40,216 nt of DNA, taken from the IMG/VR virus record IMGVR_UViG_3300011335_000495, positions 1 through 40,216 of that record; one strand, given 5' to 3'. The position numbers were made by a program, and so were the translations under genes. Under the pieces are notes generated by a model. The model did not search any database. It worked only from the letters and a program-made list of their open reading frames with translations, and was not told the DNA's origin. Positions 34,102 to 40,216 of this stretch are shown in pieces (position 1 is the stretch's first letter; every line of letters starts with the position of its first letter). The stretch comes from a virus (lineage: Duplodnaviria; Caudoviricetes).

Positions 34102-35340
34102 TTAAGCCTCCTCTTTTGGTGGTGGTGGCGGTAATAAAGTATCAACTATATTATTAAGTGCGCCTGTGCTTTGTCTTACCCCAGTTGTAGGAGTACCTGA
34201 AGGTAAAGTAGGGCTATAACCTAAAACTGATGGTGCTAGTAATACGCCAAGTTGTTTAGCAAAATCTGCTTGACTTGCTGCCAAATCTTTATCAGCAGCC
34301 ATACCAGCTTGAATTGCATTAACAGCGTAGTTATCACCAATGTTAGCAATCTTGATACCTTGGATTAACTGGTTATCTAAGAGGCGTGCTTCCAAATCAG
34401 CAATACTGTTAGCGCCTTGCAAGACTCCTACGCCACCTGTACGACTAATGTTTTGGGCTGCCATTGCTCTAGCTGTTTTGACTGCTTGAATGTTACTAGC
34501 ACTTAAATTGCCTGCTAAGGCAGGGTTATAAAGTCCTTTACCAATATTTTGATAAGGTGTTGCAATAGCCATTCTTTCATTCTTAGCTTGTTGCGCCTGA
34601 TCTTCTGCTTTCTTAGCAGCAGGTTGAGCAACACCCTTAGTTAAAGCAGCAGCTATACCAAAAGGTAAACCTAGTTTAAGCAGTTGGCTTAAAAGAGAAG
34701 AAAGGTCAATATCTTTTTTATCTTTAGTTTTAGCGCCAACAGAACCTGTTTGAGAGCCAGTAAGAATATCATCTTCATTTCTTGATTGTTGTTCTATGTC
34801 TTGCTCTACATATTGTCTTGCTAAATCTGCTGAAGAAGGCATTTGCGCCCCAGTAACACCGCCATAACCAATTTCTCCAGGTTTGGTAGCTGGAATAAAT
34901 ACAGGGTTTCCTTGCTGATCTATAAAGGTTCTTCCAGCAGGAGAAACATTTTGAGTTGTTAATGACCCTACTTCTGGCTCTCCTTGTAGCGCTGCTGGTG
35001 GTTCATAAAAATTAGGAAAACCTCCAACATCTTCAGTTGTATTAGGTTCATAAATTGTGTCTGGTGGAATATAAGGATCTCCTTCGTCAGGCACATAAAA
35101 AGTGCCTTCTGAAATATAAGGATCTCCCTCGTCAGGAACATAGTCACCGTCATCAATTCCATATTCCAACAAACCAGTATCAGGATTTATGCTTCCAGCA
35201 CCACCACGCTTTTTAAGTAAAGCAGCCTCTTTAGGGGTAATGTGGGCAAGGACTGTATCTTTACCCCGACCTTTAGCACGGATCATTTCCGCCAATGCTG
35301 GCAATCCCAAGCCAAGTGTTTTTGATAAAGTGTTACTCAT
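34102..35340 (-). CDS. Putative internal virion/DNA ejection protein
   Basis: GRG.DT.LAHI.P.EA.LLK..GGAG.INP.TGL.EY N-terminal motif; Ala/Gln-rich C-terminus. Confidence 0.6.
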   Translation of the reverse strand: MSNTLSKTLGLGLPALAEMIRAKGRGKDTVLAHITPKEAALLKKRGGAGSINPDTGLLEYGIDDGDYVPDEGDPYISEGTFYVPDEGDPYIPPDTIYEPNTTEDVGGFPNFYEPPAALQGEPEVGSLTTQNVSPAGRTFIDQQGNPVFIPATKPGEIGYGGVTGAQMPSSADLARQYVEQDIEQQSRNEDDILTGSQTGSVGAKTKDKKDIDLSSLLSQLLKLGLPFGIAAALTKGVAQPAAKKAEDQAQQAKNERMAIATPYQNIGKGLYNPALAGNLSASNIQAVKTARAMAAQNISRTGGVGVLQGANSIADLEARLLDNQLIQGIKIANIGDNYAVNAIQAGMAADKDLAASQADFAKQLGVLLAPSVLGYSPTLPSGTPTTGVRQSTGALNNIVDTLLPPPPPKEEA

Positions 35341-35342
35341 AT

Positions 35343-37280
35343 TTAACTCCCTATTTCATCCAGATCTCGTAATGATTGGGCATTAACCCACTTCTTTTTA
35401 GGCGCTGCTCCTGATTCTTCACTAATCTTTTCTCCTTCTGAACCTGTATCGCCTGCTCCTCCACCACCACCACTTGCCAATGACACACTACCAGTGTTTA
35501 ATGCTTGTCCCAAGGCTGCTGTACTAGGTCCAAAGTATGAACTAGTTGCTGGACTTCTGCCACTAGTTGCCATCATTGGAGCAGGTTGTGAAGTTGGCGA
35601 TCTAGCCGTTGGTTGATTTGTTTCTCTTATAACTTCTTTAGCACCCGTACTTGGGCTAACTGTCCTACCACTAGTAGGTGTACTGCCAGTAGAAGGCTTG
35701 GTGCTTGGGAAAAAGTAAGAAGATAGTGCGCCAGCCAAAGTAGTTGCTGTGGAACCAGCAATCTTTTCTCCTGCCGTTCTTTCCTCTGCAGGGATACCTT
35801 CAGGATATAACTCAGGATATTTTTGTGATACTTCATAAGGCGATAAATAACGCTGTTCTTCGGTATCAAATACTTGATCGTCACCTTGTAAATCATAGCC
35901 ACTTGTCTGAATATCTTTAATTGCGCCACTAGTTAAACCACTAATAGTTCCTCTAGCCAATCCTGATATGGGATCTTTGCCACCTAAAAAAGCGGTTACC
36001 GTACCTTTAACAGCGCCTGTAGCTCCCCCCGCAGCAGTAGCAGGTAACTCAGTTGGCAAAACACTTCCAACAGCGCTAGATATTCCATAAGAAAGGGCTG
36101 TAGTTCCAAGGGTAGTTGCTGCTGCGTCTAATATGGCTTTACCATTTTTTTGATTTACCGCATCAATCATTACTTGATTGCCTGTTGAAGAAACTGCCGC
36201 ACCAACAGCAGCAGCTTGCCCCGCAGTATACGCACCCGTGGTTGCAAGCGCTTGTGCAGAAGTTAAACCTTTTGCAATACCAGCAGCATAAGCTGTAGCT
36301 TCTGCGCCAGTTAAAGTACTGGCTAAGATTTCAGCGCCAATTTCAGGGGCAGCAAAAGAAATTCCAATGGCTGTGCCAATTTTAATTACAGAATCAAAAA
36401 CCTTATAAAGCTCGCCAGATTGGTTTGCAGGAGTAACATCTTGAATCGTATAAGTACGGTTGCCTTTTTCTGGATCAGTAAATACTTTACCTGTTTTGTT
36501 GTTTATTAAGTATTCAGGCTTTTGAACTGGAAGCTCAACTCCGTTAATAGTGACTGTATCTGGAACGCTTGACCCTGCATACGCATAGTTACGATTACCC
36601 AAGCGCATATTGGCAGGATCTTCATAGCTTGAATAAGGCGGTGTAACGCTATATGCAGTATTTGGGGTTTGAGGAAAAGCTAAGGCGGTTGATCCGTCAG
36701 CATAGTGGTATTGCCCCATACCGTTATATTCAGACCAACTAACGGCATTTTTTCGTAAATTATTAGGATCAATAAGCCAATTAACACCACCAGTATCACC
36801 AGCAGCCGCTTGTTTTGCACTCTGTTTATCTTGAAACTCTTGACTACCAGCAATCCTGCTAATAGCTTGTGCCATATCCATACCACGAAAGGTATTCATG
36901 CCGTCAGGATCAGGATTTCTACCTAAATAACGATTGAAAAGTCCTTTAACTTGTTCGTCATTTAGCCCAGATTGAGGTTCTTGAGTTACTGGATTTCTGC
37001 CTGCACCTGAATTCATGGCTGGTGCATTTTGGCTAGTTTGGGCAGCGATATAATTCTGACCTTCACCAGAATTGACAATACTGTTTACTAAAGATTCAGT
37101 AGAAGCACCTGCATTAATTGCATTGGTGTACGCCTCTAATCCACTAGGATCAGGCTCTCTGCCTAAGTATGTACGATACCAGTCGGCAACTGTGGCTTGT
37201 GATTGTGCAGGATCAGGCGTTTCCTGTGCAACAGGATCTTCTACCCACCTAGCGCTATCTCCGTCAGATACCCAAGGCAT
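35343..37280 (-). CDS. Putative virion/ejection protein with two DUF4214-like repeats
   Basis: YRTYLGREPDPSG...I.NSGEG and FNRYLGRNPDPDG...IAGSQEF; Gly/Ala-rich hydrophobic helices. Confidence 0.65.
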   Translation of the reverse strand: MPWVSDGDSARWVEDPVAQETPDPAQSQATVADWYRTYLGREPDPSGLEAYTNAINAGASTESLVNSIVNSGEGQNYIAAQTSQNAPAMNSGAGRNPVTQEPQSGLNDEQVKGLFNRYLGRNPDPDGMNTFRGMDMAQAISRIAGSQEFQDKQSAKQAAAGDTGGVNWLIDPNNLRKNAVSWSEYNGMGQYHYADGSTALAFPQTPNTAYSVTPPYSSYEDPANMRLGNRNYAYAGSSVPDTVTINGVELPVQKPEYLINNKTGKVFTDPEKGNRTYTIQDVTPANQSGELYKVFDSVIKIGTAIGISFAAPEIGAEILASTLTGAEATAYAAGIAKGLTSAQALATTGAYTAGQAAAVGAAVSSTGNQVMIDAVNQKNGKAILDAAATTLGTTALSYGISSAVGSVLPTELPATAAGGATGAVKGTVTAFLGGKDPISGLARGTISGLTSGAIKDIQTSGYDLQGDDQVFDTEEQRYLSPYEVSQKYPELYPEGIPAEERTAGEKIAGSTATTLAGALSSYFFPSTKPSTGSTPTSGRTVSPSTGAKEVIRETNQPTARSPTSQPAPMMATSGRSPATSSYFGPSTAALGQALNTGSVSLASGGGGGAGDTGSEGEKISEESGAAPKKKWVNAQSLRDLDEIGS

Positions 37281-37636
37281 TATGTACTCCCCACTAGCAT
37301 TTCTGCTAACTTACCTGCTGACATAATTGCACCAATAAAACGGTAATCAAAGCCTTCTTGGATTTCTTCTGGTTTAGCCATCTTAGATTGAATGGCTTGT
37401 TGCTTAACCATTTCGTACAAAGTCTTATCCCGTAAGGATTTTTCAGCCATAAGCCCTAATTGAACTACTAGGCTAGGATTGATATTGTCCTTGGCTAGAA
37501 CAACCTTTAACTGTTCTTTAGCTTGCTCAATTTCAGGGGTTTGCGTAAGTTGTCCTTTATTTTGCATAGCCGTCATAACTTCACTGTCAGAAAAACCCGA
37601 TTTTTTTTGGGGTGGGGAAAGCGGATTAGTTGCCAT
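37280..37636 (-). CDS. Hypothetical protein
   Basis: TAATG coupling on both sides. Confidence 0.7.
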   Translation of the reverse strand: MATNPLSPPQKKSGFSDSEVMTAMQNKGQLTQTPEIEQAKEQLKVVLAKDNINPSLVVQLGLMAEKSLRDKTLYEMVKQQAIQSKMAKPEEIQEGFDYRFIGAIMSAGKLAEMLVGST

Positions 37637-37977
37637 TAAACTAGCCCCATAGTACTAGCAATTTGTTGGTGAATATACAGGTGGGAAGCGATCCAATCGT
37701 AAAAATCATTCTCGACATTCCAGTCCACATCAAGCAAATTAAAGGGGTTACTAAGCTCTAAAAGGTTGGCAAAACTCTGATGTTCGACCTGATGGGCGAG
37801 CAACCAGTCGTCTAAATAGTCTGGTTCTGCCTCTGAAAGCGGGAAAGCAGGCACTAATATGCCTTGATCTAGGAATGTTTCCCTAAATACTTGGTGTTGT
37901 TGAGCATTAACGAACAAAAAGTCCTTTAATGACTCAACATTGCCATATTCCACGGTTTGTAAGGTATTAAAATCCAT
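37636..37977 (-). CDS. Hypothetical acidic protein with repeated W...H...H motifs
   Basis: DWLLAHQVEH and DWIASHLYIH; coupled to neighbours. Confidence 0.7.
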   Translation of the reverse strand: MDFNTLQTVEYGNVESLKDFLFVNAQQHQVFRETFLDQGILVPAFPLSEAEPDYLDDWLLAHQVEHQSFANLLELSNPFNLLDVDWNVENDFYDWIASHLYIHQQIASTMGLV

Positions 37978-38198
37978 TACCGATTAGCCTTATCTCTTAA
38001 CTCTTTATAAATCTCTGCCAACATTCCTTTAATTTCAGTAATGTCTGCCCTATAGTCATCTTTGGTGACATACATAAGGGGCATTTCCCTGACATCTTCG
38101 TCTAGTCTAGTAAGGCTTTTACTAATGTTATTTAGCACCCAACCTCCTAAAAATCCAGCTATAGCAATCGCAATATTAAAAAGATTTTGAGTATCCAT
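37977..38198 (-). CDS. Small TM plus coiled-coil protein (holin-like/XhlA-like)
   Basis: N-terminal hydrophobic helix, YVTKDDY motif. Confidence 0.65.
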   Translation of the reverse strand: MDTQNLFNIAIAIAGFLGGWVLNNISKSLTRLDEDVREMPLMYVTKDDYRADITEIKGMLAEIYKELRDKANR

Positions 38199-38201
38199 GA
38201 A

Positions 38202-38939
38202 TTAAACCGCATAATAAGGAATTTTTACATTGACACTATTTACATTAGCAATAATGTAGCCAGCAGGAATAAGCATCATGGTTGCTGAGGCAAAAGTAGC
38301 GTTAGCAGCCGTATTAGAAGTCGATTGGAAAGTAGTTAAATTGCTTGTGCCACTTTGAATGGTGACATTGGCTAAAGTAAGGTTGCCTAAGCTCGTTACA
38401 GTAGAACCTAGAGTTACGGTGGTGTTGCCAATTACTGCTGAAGTGTTGGCTAAGCCTGAATTGGGGATTGTAGTAGCTGCGGTTACATTAGAAGTATTGG
38501 CATTACCGTATAGATAGCCTGTTAAGGTGGTAGTGCGAATTGCACCCGTAGCATTAAAATAAGACCCAGTTATGTTGGTAGCGGTGACATTTCCACTAGC
38601 TACTGTGGTGTTATTTAGGGTTAAATTGCCTATAGCAGTAGCTGTATTGCCTAAGCCTATGGTGGTATTACCAATCGTGATATTGCCACCTGTAATGGCT
38701 GTATTGGCGATTGCAATGACTACATTGCTTGCACTTGTAATTCTGCCTTGAGCGTCAACCACAACTTGAGATACAGCCGTTGCATTGCCATAAGTTCCAG
38801 CCGTTACTGCAGTATTAGCAAGCGATACTGTGCCTGTGGTGGTGATCGGACCACCCGTTAAGCCAGTTCCAGTAGCAACATTGGTTACTGTGCCAGAACC
38901 GCCACCACCGCTTGATCCTGCAACGACCTTGAGAACCAT
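38202..38939 (-). CDS. Tail fibre-like protein, very N/T-rich
   Basis: GTGLTGG, GTYG...VVVDAQGRITSA fibre motifs; GNTT/GNLTL repeats shared with 3477..4133. Confidence 0.7.
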   Translation of the reverse strand: MVLKVVAGSSGGGGSGTVTNVATGTGLTGGPITTTGTVSLANTAVTAGTYGNATAVSQVVVDAQGRITSASNVVIAIANTAITGGNITIGNTTIGLGNTATAIGNLTLNNTTVASGNVTATNITGSYFNATGAIRTTTLTGYLYGNANTSNVTAATTIPNSGLANTSAVIGNTTVTLGSTVTSLGNLTLANVTIQSGTSNLTTFQSTSNTAANATFASATMMLIPAGYIIANVNSVNVKIPYYAV

Positions 38940-38942
38940 AAT

Positions 38943-39269
38943 CTACACTCCATCTCCTGGAATAATGTAACAAACGGCATTAGCCGTGCTTGTACCCGTA
39001 AAAAAAGCATTTGGCATAAAACTTAATATCTCGTCAGTACCAGCAAGTAAAGGAATAGAGTTACCTGTTGTAGTGACATTGGCTGAAGTCGCTGTAGCAT
39101 TAGCAGCCGTATCTCCATAGCCTAAGAAAACTAAGGTTGTGCCTGAATTAATAATCCGATACTGATTACCGCCTAAAGTGCTTGATACCGCTTGGATTGG
39201 TGCAGGCGCACTTGTGCCAGCCGTAAAAGTCACGGTATTGCCAGTCTTAGTAAAGGCATTAATTCCCAT
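38943..39269 (-). CDS. Small beta-rich virion-type protein
   Basis: GGAGG RBS; paralog of 30321..30665. Confidence 0.7.
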   Translation of the reverse strand: MGINAFTKTGNTVTFTAGTSAPAPIQAVSSTLGGNQYRIINSGTTLVFLGYGDTAANATATSANVTTTGNSIPLLAGTDEILSFMPNAFFTGTSTANAVCYIIPGDGV

Positions 39270-39653
39270 TTAAGCCTCCATAGGGGCTTCTACCCACGAT
39301 AAGGTTGCTTCATCCCATTCCCAAGGTCCACCTGTAGTTGGCATAGGTCCTGGGGGAGTTGGCGCTTCCCATAAATAAGTAGCTGGATTGAACACCCATG
39401 AAGGATAGGGTTGTGGGGCTGCAAAGCCTGTACCATCCCATGAATAACCAATACCAGCATAATTGTAATTAAGCGGAGTGCCACCATCAGGAGTCATTGG
39501 CTCGGCAGGAGGGCTAGGTGCGTAATGCACATTTCCATAGGTATTGTAAGAAGTTTGAATCCAGCCATGACCTAATACTGCGCTATCAATAAATGCTTGA
39601 TCGGCAACAATTACATCTGTAACTATGCCATTTTCTACTTTTGCGAAATGCAT
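39270..39653 (-). CDS. Allele B of the 143..529 protein
   Basis: AAGGAG RBS before ATG 39653; about six amino-acid differences from allele A. Confidence 0.8.
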   Translation of the reverse strand: MHFAKVENGIVTDVIVADQAFIDSAVLGHGWIQTSYNTYGNVHYAPSPPAEPMTPDGGTPLNYNYAGIGYSWDGTGFAAPQPYPSWVFNPATYLWEAPTPPGPMPTTGGPWEWDEATLSWVEAPMEA

Positions 39654-39663
39654 GATTGCTCCT

Positions 39664-40176
39664 TTAAGCTGTGCGGGCAAATTGCCCATGATTAGCAAAT
39701 TGCCCATGAACCATATCACGAGCTAATTCCATAAATTCTTGTGCTAAATATAAATTATCAAAACACCCAAGATGTTTGCTTTTTCCGTTTAAACGAATTT
39801 TAGCAATCCATTTATTAGCATGTTTTGCCCAATAAACACCTTTAATTCCTGATTTATTTCTACAATCAATGGTTTTATTTCTTTTATTTTCAGCTTGAGA
39901 TGCTGCTCTTAAATTTTCAATTCTATTATCATGTTTATTACCATTAATATGGTCAATTGTTTCTGGACAATATCCATAATGCATATAAAAAATTATGCGA
40001 TGTAATTTATAAGCAGAATTATTAATTTTTACAGCAACATAAGATTGATTGTAATTACCAGCAATTTGATTAACAGTCACACCATTTCGAGCTTTTATAT
40101 GAAATAATTTTCCATCTTTATATTCAAATAAAGTTTTTAAATAATCAATAGAAGGAATGTCTTTAGCTTTTATCAT
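39664..40176 (-). CDS. HNH homing endonuclease with AP2-like domain (allele B, divergent from 541..1029)
   Basis: LHRIIF...IDHINGNKHDNRIENLR; SGIKGVYW...W.A.I...HLG.F. Confidence 0.9.
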   Translation of the reverse strand: MIKAKDIPSIDYLKTLFEYKDGKLFHIKARNGVTVNQIAGNYNQSYVAVKINNSAYKLHRIIFYMHYGYCPETIDHINGNKHDNRIENLRAASQAENKRNKTIDCRNKSGIKGVYWAKHANKWIAKIRLNGKSKHLGCFDNLYLAQEFMELARDMVHGQFANHGQFARTA

Positions 40177-40216
40177 GCCGTATAACTTCCTGATGCTGTG
40201 TAAGTTAAGATTGTGT
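40173..40216 (-). CDS. C-terminal end of a second, different glycine-rich-fibre-type gene (...TILTYTASGSYTA*)
   Basis: Reading frame ends in TGA overlapping the HNH ATG; resembles the module end NIYTFASSGTITF. Confidence 0.55.
   Translation of the reverse strand, partial: TILTYTASGSYTA

Noticed and set aside
35068-35142. Duplicated YVPDEGDPYI decapeptide in 34102..35340
   Set aside because: Real but only two copies in a low-complexity acidic linker; nothing points to a function.
39128-39254. Biological direct terminal repeat
   Set aside because: Falls mid-gene in the tail block and equals a typical assembler k-mer length; more likely an assembly overlap.

Overview
The window looks like an essentially complete ~39.1 kb tailed-phage genome with podovirus-like organisation. 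The host is probably Gram-negative, since the phage carries a nested Rz/Rz1 spanin pair. Bases 1-127 recur exactly at 39128-39254, and the two ends then continue into different versions of one tail-fibre/HNH/small-gene cassette. Minus-strand late genes cover terminase, portal, scaffold, major capsid, tail and fibre proteins, ejection-type proteins, lysis genes and many tiny basic proteins. Plus-strand early/middle genes cover ArdC, a YqaJ exonuclease, a RecT-like annealer, an SSB-like protein, RusA, a C5 DNA methyltransferase with a nested beta subunit, ThDP-dependent E1-alpha/E1-beta-like genes, a radical SAM enzyme and glycosyltransferases. I recognise no integrase, repressor, polymerase, helicase, primase or replication initiator. 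There are two main candidates for an undescribed system. (1) Virion glycosylation: a sugar-tailoring cluster plus three glycosyltransferase-like genes, together with a very high density of N-X-S/T sequons in tail proteins. (2) A ~300-nt structured minus-strand ncRNA with its own promoter and terminator, ending next to 9-bp tandem repeats, which could be an RNA-primed origin. All family calls are motif recognition by eye and all counts are manual.
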